In this document: one piece after another, positions 20,677 through 30,477 of the stretch
How positions within the stretch are numbered: position 1 is the stretch's first letter
How the letters are laid out: each line of letters starts with the position of its first letter
From: an uncultured Actinomycetes bacterium
Lineage (GTDB): Bacteria > Actinomycetota > Thermoleophilia > UBA2241
NCBI GenBank assembly: GCA_963709345.1
Contig: CAVPVX010000002.1
Location: 32,001 to 96,000, forward strand
DNA length: 64,000 nt
Reading direction: 5' to 3'
Made by a program: the position numbers and the translations under genes
The notes under the pieces: generated by a model
Told to the model about the DNA's origin: nothing
Databases searched by the model: none
Seen by the model: the letters and a program-made list of their open reading frames with translations, nothing else

Positions 20677-20763
20677 GTGTCTCACCTCCCTCTGGGGAGC
20701 ATCCGGAAACCCAGTCGCGGGTAGGCGGCCCGTGACCGAGAAAGCGGTCGCGATAGACTAGCA
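20677..20763 (-). promoter_or_regulatory. rpsO promoter (extended -10) and structured leader, possible S15 autoregulatory site
   Basis: TGC-TAGTCT at 20755-20763; leader hairpins such as GACCG/CGGTC. Confidence 0.45.
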
Positions 20764-20806
20764 CAGGCAACGGCGCCCGAGAAACCGGACGGAACGCAAG
20801 AAAGGT

Positions 20807-21787
20807 TCAGGCGGCGTGCCCCGGCAGCGGCCGCAGCCCGACCTCCGCCAGCGCCGCGTCCTCGAGTCCCCCCGTCGCGGCGATGTCGCGGCGCATCTGC
20901 GCGACCAGCTCGTCAGGACCGGCAAAGCGCCGCTCGTCGCGGATCTTGTGCAGGAAGTCGAGGCGAATCTCGCGATCGTAGATGTCGCCCTCGAAGCCGA
21001 GCAGGAACGCCTCGACGGTCACGTGGGTGGTCTCTTCGTCTCGGCTCTGGAACGTCGGGTTGTGGCCGATGTTCACGGCGGCGCGGTACCATGCCCCGCC
21101 GACGTGAGCTCTGGCCACGTACACCCCGCGGCCGGGAAAGATCGTCCCGGCCTCGACGTCGACGTTGGCCGTCGGCACGCCGAGCGTGCGGCCACGCTTG
21201 TCCCCGTGGACCACGACGCCGGCCGCCGACGGCGGTCGGCCCAGGATCCGGCGTACCTCTTCGAGCTCGCCGTCGTGCAGAAGCCGGCGGATGCGCGTCG
21301 AGCTGATCGTGCCGCTGCCCTCCGTCACGAGCGGCACGACCACCGTCTCGAAGCCGTGCGCGGCGCCACACTCACGCAGGCGCACCGCGTCTCCGGCGCC
21401 GGCGGCGCCGAAGTTGAAGTTCTCGCCCACGACAACGACCTGCGCGTGGAGGGTGGCGCTCAGCAACTCCGAGCAGAACGCGGACGGGGTCAGAGCCGCC
21501 ATGGCGTCGTCGAACGGCAGGACGACGATCTCGTCCGGGCCGAGTTGGGCGATCAGACGGACCTTCTCCTCGAGCGACGTCAGCAGCCTCGGCACACGGG
21601 CCGGGTCGACGACCGCCAGGGGGTGCCTGTCGAACGTCACCACCGCGCAGCCGATGTCCCGTGCGGAGGCGAGCTCGCTGGCTCTGCGGATGACCGCGCG
21701 ATGCCCGGCATGGACGCCGTCGAAGGTCCCGAGAGCCAGTGCTCTCGGGCGCGTTGCGACGGCGGCCAGGTCGGTGACAAGCTCCAT
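20807..21787 (-). CDS. ribF: Bifunctional riboflavin kinase/FAD synthetase
   Basis: GTFDGVHAGH, ISSTRIR, GRTLGVPTAN. Confidence 0.96.
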   Translation of the reverse strand: MELVTDLAAVATRPRALALGTFDGVHAGHRAVIRRASELASARDIGCAVVTFDRHPLAVVDPARVPRLLTSLEEKVRLIAQLGPDEIVVLPFDDAMAALTPSAFCSELLSATLHAQVVVVGENFNFGAAGAGDAVRLRECGAAHGFETVVVPLVTEGSGTISSTRIRRLLHDGELEEVRRILGRPPSAAGVVVHGDKRGRTLGVPTANVDVEAGTIFPGRGVYVARAHVGGAWYRAAVNIGHNPTFQSRDEETTHVTVEAFLLGFEGDIYDREIRLDFLHKIRDERRFAGPDELVAQMRRDIAATGGLEDAALAEVGLRPLPGHAA

Positions 21788-22698
21788 CAGAGCTTGACCA
21801 GCAGCTTCATGGCATGACCCTCATCGGCCGGCCCGTAGATCGCCACGAGCTCCCCGCGAAACGTGAGCCGCACCGGCTCGCGCGGGCCGCCGGGGAGCCG
21901 GGCGCCGTTGCGCACCGCGGCCACCTGCGCGGCCGACAGCTCGATCCCAGGCATGAACTGGAGTGCGACGGCCGGGGGCACCAGGCCGGGGATGTGGTCG
22001 TCGCCGGCCTCGCGGCTCTCGAGAGCCTCCTCGAAGGCGGGCAGGCTCTGCGCTTCGGTCAGCCGCAGGTCGCCGGTCGCCGTACGCGCCAACTGCTCGA
22101 GGTGGGCGCCGGCGCCGACAGCCTCCCCCATGTCGATGGCGAGCTGGCGCACGTACGTTCCCTTGGAGCAGGCGATGCGGCAACGCATGGTCTGGGCAGG
22201 CTCGTCGAAGCCGAGGACTTCGATGCCGCCGATCTCGACCTCCTTGACCGGGGTCTCTACCGTCTCACCGCGGTGGGCCTTCTTGTAGAGGCGCTCCCCG
22301 CCCACCTTGACGGCGGACGTCATCGGGACGCTCTGCAAGATGGTCCCGATGAAGTCGGGCAGCACCGCCTCGACCTCCGCCGGCGAGGTCGTCAGGCCGG
22401 TCTCGGACAGCTCCCCGGTGAGGTCGCCGGTGTCCGAGCGCACGCCGAAGCGCAGGGTGCACTCATACTCCTTCGGGAGGTCGACGAAGAAGCGCGCGAG
22501 CTTCGTCGCGCGCCCGACGAGCACGACGAGCAGACCGGTTGCGAACGGATCCAGCGTGCCGGCATGGCCGACCTTCTTCACGCCGGGGCGCAGCCGGCTC
22601 CGGACGCGGGCCACGACGTCGTGCGATGTGAAGCCCACGGGCTTGTCGATCAGGAGGATCCCGTCGAGAGGCGCCTTTCGAGTTCTGAACTGAGCCAT
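21787..22698 (-). CDS. truB: tRNA pseudouridine(55) synthase
   Basis: [20 protein letters not shown]. Confidence 0.96.
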   Translation of the reverse strand: MAQFRTRKAPLDGILLIDKPVGFTSHDVVARVRSRLRPGVKKVGHAGTLDPFATGLLVVLVGRATKLARFFVDLPKEYECTLRFGVRSDTGDLTGELSETGLTTSPAEVEAVLPDFIGTILQSVPMTSAVKVGGERLYKKAHRGETVETPVKEVEIGGIEVLGFDEPAQTMRCRIACSKGTYVRQLAIDMGEAVGAGAHLEQLARTATGDLRLTEAQSLPAFEEALESREAGDDHIPGLVPPAVALQFMPGIELSAAQVAAVRNGARLPGGPREPVRLTFRGELVAIYGPADEGHAMKLLVKL

Positions 22699-23627
22699 GC
22701 CGTCACCTCCTCAGGAGAGTCATCGCTGGAGAAGCCGGCGGCAAGCCGGTGGCCGCCGCCGCCCTTGAGCGCCGCCACGGCGCTCACGTCGAGCGTGCTG
22801 GAGCGCAAGCTCACGCGCACACGCGGCGTCCCCGCCTGTTCCTTGACCAGCGCGGCGGCCTCGACGCCGATCACGCTGCGGAGGCTCTCGACGATGCCCT
22901 CCGTCTCGTGCTCGCCGGCCCCGGCGACTGCATAGTCGGCGCGCAGCAGCGTGGCCACCAGCGCCCGGCCGCCTGCTGCGGCGCCCGCGGCGTCAACGGC
23001 GCGCGCCCACAGCCGCAGGGCGGCCGCCGAGCGCTGCTCGTACAGCTCGGCGTACACCGAGGTGACGTCCACACCGGCGTCGACCAGCCACGCCGCAGTG
23101 CGAAACGTCGACGCCGAAGTCGAACTGTGCCGGAAGTGCCCCGTGTCGAACGAGATGCCGGCGTACAACGCCGTAGCCGCCACCGGAGACGGCGTCAGCC
23201 CCAGACCCCGGGCGACGTCGCAGACGAGCTCGCTCGTGCTGCTCGCGGCGCCGCAGACCAGACGCAGGTCACCGAACGTCACGTTGTCGTGATGATGGTC
23301 GATGGTGACCACGAAGCCGCTCCACGAGGCGATCGGCAGAGCCACCCTGGCGAAGCCCCCGCAGTCGAGGACGTACAGGGGAACATCCGGCGGCGGTGCA
23401 TCGCGAACGACCATCACGCCTCCCAGCAGAAGCTGCTCGAGCGGAAGCCGCTCGTCGGGCGCGACGTACAGCGCCGCCTGCACGCCCAGCCGCGCGAACA
23501 GATCGGCCATACCGGCAGCCGCACCCAGCGCGTCGGCGTCCGGCTTCTCGTGGACGGCCAGAGCGACGGACGTCTCGGAGCGCATCCGCCGACAGACGGC
23601 CGCGACGTCGGCGCGGAGCGCCTTCAA
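22650..23627 (-). CDS. nrnA: DHH/DHHA1 phosphoesterase (NrnA-like)
   Basis: [29 protein letters not shown]. Confidence 0.88.
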   Translation of the reverse strand: MKALRADVAAVCRRMRSETSVALAVHEKPDADALGAAAGMADLFARLGVQAALYVAPDERLPLEQLLLGGVMVVRDAPPPDVPLYVLDCGGFARVALPIASWSGFVVTIDHHHDNVTFGDLRLVCGAASSTSELVCDVARGLGLTPSPVAATALYAGISFDTGHFRHSSTSASTFRTAAWLVDAGVDVTSVYAELYEQRSAAALRLWARAVDAAGAAAGGRALVATLLRADYAVAGAGEHETEGIVESLRSVIGVEAAALVKEQAGTPRVRVSLRSSTLDVSAVAALKGGGGHRLAAGFSSDDSPEEVTAWLSSELERRLSTGSS

Positions 23628-24076
23628 CCCGGCTCCTCGTCGCCGGCGGCGGGCAGCGCGTCACCGGGCGCGTCTGAGTCCGCGTCCACGACCGCCTCAC
23701 CGTCGACGACGATCTCCGGCGGCTCGCTGCCGAGCACCTCTTCTTCGGCCTTCATGAGCTTCTCGATGCGCAGGGCGTTGTCGAGCGTGTCGTCATAGAA
23801 GAACTGCAGCTGAGGAGTCCGTTTCATGCGCACGGCGGCATTGATGCGCGTCTGCAGGAAGCCGCGAGACTTCTCCAGCGCCTGCATGGTCGCCTCCTGC
23901 TCGGCCTTCTTGCCGAGCACGCTCACGAAGACCTTGGCGTGCCGCAGATCGGCAGTCGTCTCGACGCCGGTCACCGTGACGAACCCGATCCGCGGGTCCT
24001 TGAGACCTTCCACGGTGATGACGCGCGACAATGTCTCCTTGATGTTCTCGTTGATCCTCAGGAGTCGATGTCCCAT
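23624..24076 (-). CDS. rbfA: Ribosome-binding factor A
   Basis: KDPRIGFVTVT, RMKRTPQLQF. Confidence 0.95.
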   Translation of the reverse strand: MGHRLLRINENIKETLSRVITVEGLKDPRIGFVTVTGVETTADLRHAKVFVSVLGKKAEQEATMQALEKSRGFLQTRINAAVRMKRTPQLQFFYDDTLDNALRIEKLMKAEEEVLGSEPPEIVVDGEAVVDADSDAPGDALPAAGDEEPG

Positions 24077-24381
24077 ACCGCCTCCACAGTGTCGCAGGTC
24101 TTCAGGAGGACGCGCGCCACCTCGTAGTCGCGTCCATGGAGGTAGCGGTCGACGTCGTCGATGTGCTCGCGCGCCTGCTGCAGCGACGAAGCCGCCAGCA
24201 CGATGAGCACCCGGGCCCGCTGCCAGGCGTCGTGCAGACCGACCTCGCTGAAAGACGCCTGGAAGCGGGCGCGCACGGTATCGCGGAGCGAAGCCAGCGG
24301 CGCCCGCTTGTCCTTCAGCGAGCGCGCCGCCGGGAAGTGCAGCTCCGCGAGCAGGACGCCGATGCAGGCATCATGCCTCAC
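24058..24381 (-). CDS. DUF503 (YlxP) family protein
   Basis: ELHFPAARSLKDKR..SEVGLHDAWQR; lies between infB and rbfA; GTG start inferred. Confidence 0.85.
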   Translation of the reverse strand: MRHDACIGVLLAELHFPAARSLKDKRAPLASLRDTVRARFQASFSEVGLHDAWQRARVLIVLAASSLQQAREHIDDVDRYLHGRDYEVARVLLKTCDTVEAVWDIDS

Positions 24382-26449
24382 GGGCGACTTCTCTGGTCTC
24401 GTACGCCTCCAGCACGTCGCCTTCTTTGACGTCGTTGAAGCCGTCGAGCAGAATGCCGCACTCGAACCCTTCGGCGACCTCCCGCGTGTCTTCGGAGAAG
24501 CGCTTGAGGGAGCCCATCTTGCCGTCGTGGGCGACCACGTCGTTGCGCAACACGCGAACTCTGGCGTTGCGCGTGACGACGCCGTGCGTGACCATGCAAC
24601 CCGCAATGGTGCCGAGCTTGGACGCCTTGAAGATCGTGCGCACCTCGGCCTGGCCGAGGACGACCTCTTCGATCGTAGGCTTGAGCATGCCGACCAGAGC
24701 CGCGGTGATGTCTTCGGTGACCTTGTAGATCACGCGATACGTGCGGACGTCCACTCCCTCGCTCTCGGAGAGCGTCGTGGCCGCGGGGCTCGGACGTACG
24801 TTGAAGCCGATGATGATGGCGGCGGACGCGCTCGCCAGCATGACGTCGTTCTCGTTGATCCCGCCCACGCCCGAGTGTATGACCCTGACCTTGACCTCGG
24901 GGTGCTGGATCTTGAGCAGCGCGTCCCTGAGGGCCTCGAGGCTGCCCTGCACGTCGGCCTTCACGACAAGATTGAGGTCGAGCACCTTGCCGGCGGCGAT
25001 GCGCGCGAAGACGTCGTCGAGCGTGAGCGCACGCTGCTTCGCCAGCGCCTCTGTCTTGAGCCGGTTGGCGCGCCTATGCGCCAGCGACCGCGCCGACCGC
25101 TCGTCCTTGACGACCCGGCAGAACTCGCCGGCGACGGGCAGTTCGTCGAAGCCGATGATCTCGACCGGCGTCGACGGCCCCCCGCTCTTCAGTGGCTCGC
25201 TGCGGAAGTCGCGCATGGCGCGCACGCGGCCGCTCGCCTCGCCGGCGACGATCGCGTCGCCGACGTTCATGGTGCCGCGATTGATGAGCACCGTGGCCAC
25301 CACGCCACGCCCCGGGTCGACGCGAGACTCGATCACGAACCCGCTGGCCGGAGCCTCGGGGTTGGCCTTGAGGTCGGCCACCTCGGCCACCAGAAGGAGC
25401 ATGTCGAGGAAGTCGTGGAGGCCGATGCGCTTCTTGGCGCTGGCTTCGACGAACACCGTGTCGCCGCCCCACTCCTCCGGGATGATGCCCCGCTCGCTGA
25501 GCTGCTGCTTGAGCCGCTCGACATTGGCCTCCGGCTTGTCGATCTTGTTCACAACGATGACGATCGGCACCTGCGCCGCCTTGGCGTGGTCGATCGCCTC
25601 CACCGTCTGCGGCATGACGCCGTCGTCGGCGGCCACCACGATCGCGGCGATGTCGGTGACCTTGGCGCCGCGGGCGCGCATGGCCGTGAACGCGGCATGC
25701 CCGGGCGTGTCGATGAACGTGATCATTTGCCCGTTGTGCTTCACCTGGTAGGCGCCGATGTGCTGCGTGATGCCGCCGGCCTCGCCGGCGGCGACCTCCG
25801 TCTCGCGGATGGCGTCGAGCAGGCTCGTCTTGCCGTGGTCGACGTGGCCCATGACGGTGATCACGGAGGCGCGCGGCTGGAGGTCGTCGGGATCGTCGAT
25901 GGCCGCCTTCTCGAGATCCGCCTCTTCATCGGCCGCGTGCGTGATCTCGATCTCGCGCTCGAAGTCGGTGGCGAGCACCTCGATGGCCTCGTCGCTCAGG
26001 GTCTGCGTGATGGTGACCATCTCGCCGTACCCCATCAAGGCCTTGATGATGTCCGGCGTGGAGATGCCGAACAGCTGCGAAACGTCCTTGACCGACGAGC
26101 CCGACGGGACCTTGACCAGGCCCGTCGGGACGACAGGAGCGACGTGCTGCTCTTCGCGGTCGCGGCCACGATTGCGCCCGCGCCCACGGCCGCGGCCGCC
26201 CTGAGGCGCGCCGCCGCGCCGGGAAGCGCCGGCGTCGATGATCACCCGGCGTTTCTTGCCGCCGGGGCCGCTGCTGCGACGCCGGACGGCGCCCGCCGCC
26301 GGGGCGGCGTACGCTTTCTCGATCGCTTCCTCGTCGACGTTGACTTCGCCGTCAACGACCTCGATGCCCGCCTTCTTGAGGTGGGCGAGCACATCGTCGA
26401 CGCTCGTCTTCCGCTGGGTCGCGATGTCCGAGACTTTACGTTTCGCCAT
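24371..26449 (-). CDS. infB: Translation initiation factor IF-2
   Basis: [22 protein letters not shown]. Confidence 0.98.
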   Translation of the reverse strand: MAKRKVSDIATQRKTSVDDVLAHLKKAGIEVVDGEVNVDEEAIEKAYAAPAAGAVRRRSSGPGGKKRRVIIDAGASRRGGAPQGGRGRGRGRNRGRDREEQHVAPVVPTGLVKVPSGSSVKDVSQLFGISTPDIIKALMGYGEMVTITQTLSDEAIEVLATDFEREIEITHAADEEADLEKAAIDDPDDLQPRASVITVMGHVDHGKTSLLDAIRETEVAAGEAGGITQHIGAYQVKHNGQMITFIDTPGHAAFTAMRARGAKVTDIAAIVVAADDGVMPQTVEAIDHAKAAQVPIVIVVNKIDKPEANVERLKQQLSERGIIPEEWGGDTVFVEASAKKRIGLHDFLDMLLLVAEVADLKANPEAPASGFVIESRVDPGRGVVATVLINRGTMNVGDAIVAGEASGRVRAMRDFRSEPLKSGGPSTPVEIIGFDELPVAGEFCRVVKDERSARSLAHRRANRLKTEALAKQRALTLDDVFARIAAGKVLDLNLVVKADVQGSLEALRDALLKIQHPEVKVRVIHSGVGGINENDVMLASASAAIIIGFNVRPSPAATTLSESEGVDVRTYRVIYKVTEDITAALVGMLKPTIEEVVLGQAEVRTIFKASKLGTIAGCMVTHGVVTRNARVRVLRNDVVAHDGKMGSLKRFSEDTREVAEGFECGILLDGFNDVKEGDVLEAYETREVAREA

Positions 26450-26454
26450 TCACC

Positions 26455-26727
26455 TCACCGCCTTTCGTCTTCCCCGCGACGCGCGAACGCATCACGCACG
26501 CTGGGATCAAGAGTGACCGGGCCGCGGAAGGCACGCGCTAACGCGCGCCGCTTCTCCGCGGTCTCCAGGCAACTCTCTTCTGGACAGACATATGCGCTCC
26601 TGCCGGAATCTCCCGGCCGCGCGAGGATGATGCCGCCGTTCACCAGCGACAGGCGCACGAGCTCGTCCTGGCCCCGCCGTCTGCGGCAGCCCACGCACGT
26701 GCGCTCTGGGGTGGTCACGACCGTCAC
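26455..26727 (-). CDS. ylxR: YlxR (DUF448) family protein
   Basis: PERTCVGCR, GRSAYVC; GTGA overlap with the nusA stop. Confidence 0.88.
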   Translation of the reverse strand: MTVVTTPERTCVGCRRRRGQDELVRLSLVNGGIILARPGDSGRSAYVCPEESCLETAEKRRALARAFRGPVTLDPSVRDAFARRGEDERR

Positions 26728-28016
26728 TCCTCGCCGGCGTCTGTCGCCTCGGCCGTGGCCTCGCCGGCCTCGGCCGTCTCCACCTCGGCCTCGCCCTCGG
26801 GCCCGACGTAGTCGACGTGGATGCTGCAGTAGCGTGTTCCCGCCTCGGCCTGATTGGGGCAGCGCTTGCCGGTCCGCATGATCGCCATGCACTGACCGTC
26901 CACGCCATCCTCGTCAGCGTACTCGTTGCGGCTCTCGGCCTCGGCCATCTGCTGCTGACTCTTGATGTCGATGCGCCATCCCGTGAGCTTGCTGGCAAGC
27001 CGGGCGTTCTGGCCCTCTTTCCCTATCGCCAGCGAGAGTTGATCGTCCGGCACGATGATGGTGGCCGTCTTCTCGTCGTCGTCGACGATGACCTCACGTA
27101 CGCGGGCGGGCGAGAGAGCCTTGGCGACGTAGCGCGCGGCGTCCTCGTTGTACGGGATGATGTCGATACGCTCGCCACGCAGCTCGCTGACCACCATGCG
27201 CACGCGCGAGCCGCGAGGGCCGACACAGGCGCCGACCGGATCCACCCCGTCGGCGCTCGAGATCACGGCGATCTTGCAGCGCCCGGGCACGGGCTTGCCG
27301 TCGCGTCCGCGGTAGCCGGTCTCGCGCGCCACCTGCTTGATGTGGACGAGGCCGTCGGCGATCTCCGGCACCTCGAGCTCGAACAGCTTGTGCACAAGTT
27401 CCTCACTCCGCCTCGAGAGCTTGACCTGCGGCCCCTTGGCGGAGTCTTCGACGCGCACGATGACGGCCTTGATACGCGCGCCGTGATCGTAGTGCTCGGT
27501 CTCGATCTGCTCGCCGCGCGGCAACTCGGCCTCGACGCGCCCCAGCTCGACGAGCGTGTTGTGCCGCGGGTCGCTCTGCTGCACGATGCCGGTGACGAGC
27601 TCACCGACACGATCGATGTACTCGTCGTACATCAGATCCCGCTCGGCCTCGCGGATGCGCTGCAGGATGACCTGCTTCGCGGTCATCGCGGCGATGCGCC
27701 CGAAGTCGTCGGGAGTCACCTCGAGGCGCTCGACCTCGCTCATGTCGACGCCGCTGAGGTCGAGCCCCACCTCTTCGCCGGTCTCCTCGTCGTGCACCTT
27801 GAGCGTGGTGACGTCGACGTGGTCCGGGAAGATGAGCTCGAAGACGCGCATGTCGCCCGTCTCCGTGTCGATCTCGACGGCCGCGAACTCGGCCGCGTCG
27901 GGGGACTTCTTGTAGGCGGAGAGGAGTGCGTCCTCGAGAGCCTCGACGAGCGCCTCGAAGGCGATGCCCTTCTCGCTCTCGATCTGACGCAGAGCCTCGA
28001 TGATCTCTCTACTCAC
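26724..28016 (-). CDS. nusA: Transcription termination factor NusA with C-terminal Cys/His extension
   Basis: FGRIAAMTAKQVI, DPVGACVG, LSLAIGKEGQNARLA; start GTG 28016. Confidence 0.96.
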   Translation of the reverse strand: MSREIIEALRQIESEKGIAFEALVEALEDALLSAYKKSPDAAEFAAVEIDTETGDMRVFELIFPDHVDVTTLKVHDEETGEEVGLDLSGVDMSEVERLEVTPDDFGRIAAMTAKQVILQRIREAERDLMYDEYIDRVGELVTGIVQQSDPRHNTLVELGRVEAELPRGEQIETEHYDHGARIKAVIVRVEDSAKGPQVKLSRRSEELVHKLFELEVPEIADGLVHIKQVARETGYRGRDGKPVPGRCKIAVISSADGVDPVGACVGPRGSRVRMVVSELRGERIDIIPYNEDAARYVAKALSPARVREVIVDDDEKTATIIVPDDQLSLAIGKEGQNARLASKLTGWRIDIKSQQQMAEAESRNEYADEDGVDGQCMAIMRTGKRCPNQAEAGTRYCSIHVDYVGPEGEAEVETAEAGEATAEATDAGEE

Positions 28017-28473
28017 GATGGCCTCCGTCGGTTTCATGGTTGTAGACCACGTGCGCTCTCGCGATACCGGCGAGCGGCACGGTGACGCTGCCGCCGTCGT
28101 CGAGCGTGAGGGTGGCCGATACGGCGTCCGTAGCGACGAGCACGCCGCGGAAGTTGCGGCGGCCGTCCTGGGGCTGCTCGAGCTTCACCGCGACATCACG
28201 GCCGAGCACGGCGGCGAAGTGCTCCGGCTTGCGGATCCGCCGATCGAGGCCGGGCGAGGACACCTCGAGCGCGTAGCGCTCGCGAACATCCTCCAGAGCC
28301 TGGCTGACGGCTCCGCACAGTTCCAGATCGACGCCGCCCGGCCGGTCGATGAAGAGCGTGAGCGTCGTGGCCGGCCTTCCGCGCACCTCGAGGTCGACGA
28401 GCTCGACCTCGGGGAAGCACTCGGTGAGCTTGGCGTCGATGATCGCCTCCAGTTGCTCTCTCGTCTCCCTCAT
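28009..28473 (-). CDS. rimP: Ribosome maturation factor RimP
   Basis: YALEVSSPGLDR. Confidence 0.95.
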   Translation of the reverse strand: MRETREQLEAIIDAKLTECFPEVELVDLEVRGRPATTLTLFIDRPGGVDLELCGAVSQALEDVRERYALEVSSPGLDRRIRKPEHFAAVLGRDVAVKLEQPQDGRRNFRGVLVATDAVSATLTLDDGGSVTVPLAGIARAHVVYNHETDGGHRE

Positions 28474-28492
28474 ATACGACCCCTTACACGAG

Positions 28493-28565
28493 AAAAGTCG
28501 GTTGCCACCGACTTTTTACGCAAGAGTCCGCCTCGTGGTGTATTTGCCGCTCGAGAAGTATAGCA
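28493..28565 (-). promoter_or_regulatory. rimP-nusA operon promoter and leader terminator/attenuator
   Basis: Extended -10 TGC-TATACT (28557-28565); perfect hairpin AAAAGTCGGT-N4-ACCGACTTTT (28493-28516) just before the rimP SD. Confidence 0.7.
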
Positions 28566-28664
28566 CCGCGTTCGTCGACCATACAAGGCGCGGCGGCTCC
28601 GGGCTCAACCGCAGCGGTCTCCTGCCGATACTGGGAGGGACAGTCCCGTCTTCGAGAGGCAGCC

Positions 28665-28949
28665 ATGGGTGAGTACACGACCTTCGAGTGTCGCGAGTGC
28701 GGCTACAAGGCCGAGCGGATCCGCTGGGGCGTCAGCGTCTACGACCCACGGCAGCGGTTCATGCCGGCGTACTGCGTCGAGTGCGACACGATCGTAGAGG
28801 TCGACATGACCGGCGCCGACATCCACATCGACGAATTTCGCTGCGTGGTCTGCGGGAGCGAGTTGTTCTTTCTCGAGAAGGCGGCCTCGTACACCTGCCC
28901 CAAGTGCAAGGCGCACGACATGATCCTGCAGCAGGGCGAGTACTGGTGA
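28665..28949 (+). CDS. Hypothetical 94-aa protein with four CxxC motifs (double zinc ribbon)
   Basis: CREC, CVEC, CVVC, CPKC; GAGAGG SD; coding-like codon bias. Confidence 0.8.
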   Translation: MGEYTTFECRECGYKAERIRWGVSVYDPRQRFMPAYCVECDTIVEVDMTGADIHIDEFRCVVCGSELFFLEKAASYTCPKCKAHDMILQQGEYW

Positions 28950-28990
28950 AGGTCCGCCCGTAGCAGAAGGCCGCCTCTCCGGGCGAGACC

Positions 28991-29779
28991 TCAGTCGGTG
29001 ATGACCACCGGGCTGCCCGCGGGCACGAGCCGGCTGACCTCGAGGACGTGCTTGTCGCGCATGCGCACGCAGCCGTGGCTCACGGCTTTGCCGATGAGCT
29101 CCGGCTGGTTGGTGCCGTGGATCGCCACGGGCCCGCCCTGCACCCAGTCCGGCAGCTTGGGCTGGAACGCGCTGATGCCGATGGCAAGCGCGCCGTACAC
29201 GCCTCCCGGTGACGGCGGCCGCAGCTTCTGGTTGATGAAGAAGAACCCGGTGGGCGTCGCGAGACCGGGCTTCCCGACCGCCACGGGGTACGTCTCCTGA
29301 AGCTCGCCGCGACGGTATACGTGCAGCTCGCGGTCGGAGAGGTCGATGGCGATGCGGGACGACGTCGTGTAGAAGGCCAGCTTGCCCTCGGGCACCCAGC
29401 CGCGCGACCCGTTCGGCCGCATCGCGACCCAGACCCGGTACCAGATCGCGTCACCGACCTCTCGTGTCTCGTCGACCAGCACGAGGGTCGGGTAGTCGTT
29501 CAGGTTGAGCTTGCCCAGCTTGGTGAGCACGCGGGCGTTCTTGCGCGGGCGCGTGTAGACGGTGAACGGCCCGACCGCTTGACCGACAGTCCAGCGCTCG
29601 TACTGCGGCGGCGTTGCGCCGCTCGGGTCCGGCGTGGGCATCACGACCGGGGCAAGAGCCTGGGTCGCGCCCGATCCCTCGGCACGTGCGCGCACGGCGG
29701 CGTAGCCTCCGAAGGCCACCGCCAGCACCAGCCCGAGGCCGACCACGAGGATCATGATATCGCGCGTGCGGGTACTCAT
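28991..29779 (-). CDS. Membrane-anchored L,D-transpeptidase (YkuD domain)
   Basis: YPVAVGK..TPTG, IHGT..SHGCVRM catalytic motif; N-terminal TM helix; start ATG 29779. Confidence 0.88.
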   Translation of the reverse strand: MSTRTRDIMILVVGLGLVLAVAFGGYAAVRARAEGSGATQALAPVVMPTPDPSGATPPQYERWTVGQAVGPFTVYTRPRKNARVLTKLGKLNLNDYPTLVLVDETREVGDAIWYRVWVAMRPNGSRGWVPEGKLAFYTTSSRIAIDLSDRELHVYRRGELQETYPVAVGKPGLATPTGFFFINQKLRPPSPGGVYGALAIGISAFQPKLPDWVQGGPVAIHGTNQPELIGKAVSHGCVRMRDKHVLEVSRLVPAGSPVVITD

Positions 29780-29793
29780 CCTGCGTCTAGGAT

Positions 29794-29828
29794 AGAGGAC
29801 CGTGTGAACCCTGTACACACGGTCCTCT
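29794..29828. repeat. Perfect 13-bp inverted repeat with 9-bp spacer
   Basis: AGAGGACCGTGTG-aaccctgta-CACACGGTCCTCT between the divergent L,D-transpeptidase and lemA genes. Confidence 0.85.
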
Positions 29829-29892
29829 GGCCACCCGCCGCCGGTGGCGTAGACTGGTCCCCTGCAGGAGCAACGAACGAAAGGAGCGCCGA

Positions 29893-30453
29893 GTGCTGGC
29901 AGTCATCGTCATCATCGTCATCCTGGTCGTACTGGTGGCCGTCCTCGCGGGCATGTACAACAGCCTCGTGGGCCGCCGCAACCGGGTCGACAACTCGTGG
30001 AGCCAGATCGAGGTCCAGCTCAAGCGCCGCCACGACCTCATCCCCAACCTGGTCGAGGCCGTCAAGGACTACATGTCGTACGAGCAGGACACGCTCACCA
30101 GCGTCACGCAGGCGCGCGCCGCCGCCATCGACGCCGGCAGCCGCGGTCCCGAGGCCCAGGCCCAGGCGGAGAACATGCTCAGCGACACGCTCAAGTCGCT
30201 CTTCGCCGTGGTCGAGAGCTACCCGGACCTCAAGGCGAACCAGAACGTCATGAGCCTCCAGGAGGAACTCACCTCGACGGAGAACAAGATCGCCTTCGCG
30301 CGGCAGTTCTACAACGACAGCGTGCTCACCTACAACAACAAGATCCAGATGTTCCCCTCGAACCTGATCGCCGGGATGTTCAACTTCACGACCCGGCAGT
30401 TCTTCGAGGCTCCCGAGGGCGACCGCGCCGTTCCCACCGTCGACCTTCGCTAG
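29893..30453 (+). CDS. lemA: LemA family protein
   Basis: QLKRRHDLIPNLV, YPDLKAN, TENKIAFARQFYN; AAGGAG SD. Confidence 0.95.
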   Translation: MLAVIVIIVILVVLVAVLAGMYNSLVGRRNRVDNSWSQIEVQLKRRHDLIPNLVEAVKDYMSYEQDTLTSVTQARAAAIDAGSRGPEAQAQAENMLSDTLKSLFAVVESYPDLKANQNVMSLQEELTSTENKIAFARQFYNDSVLTYNNKIQMFPSNLIAGMFNFTTRQFFEAPEGDRAVPTVDLR

Positions 30454-30477
30454 CCTGAACCGGCCGGCACGCCGACC

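Noticed and set aside
29794-29828. CIRCE element upstream of lemA-htpX
   Set aside because: The 9-nt spacer fits but the arms do not resemble TTAGCACTC/GAGTGCTAA
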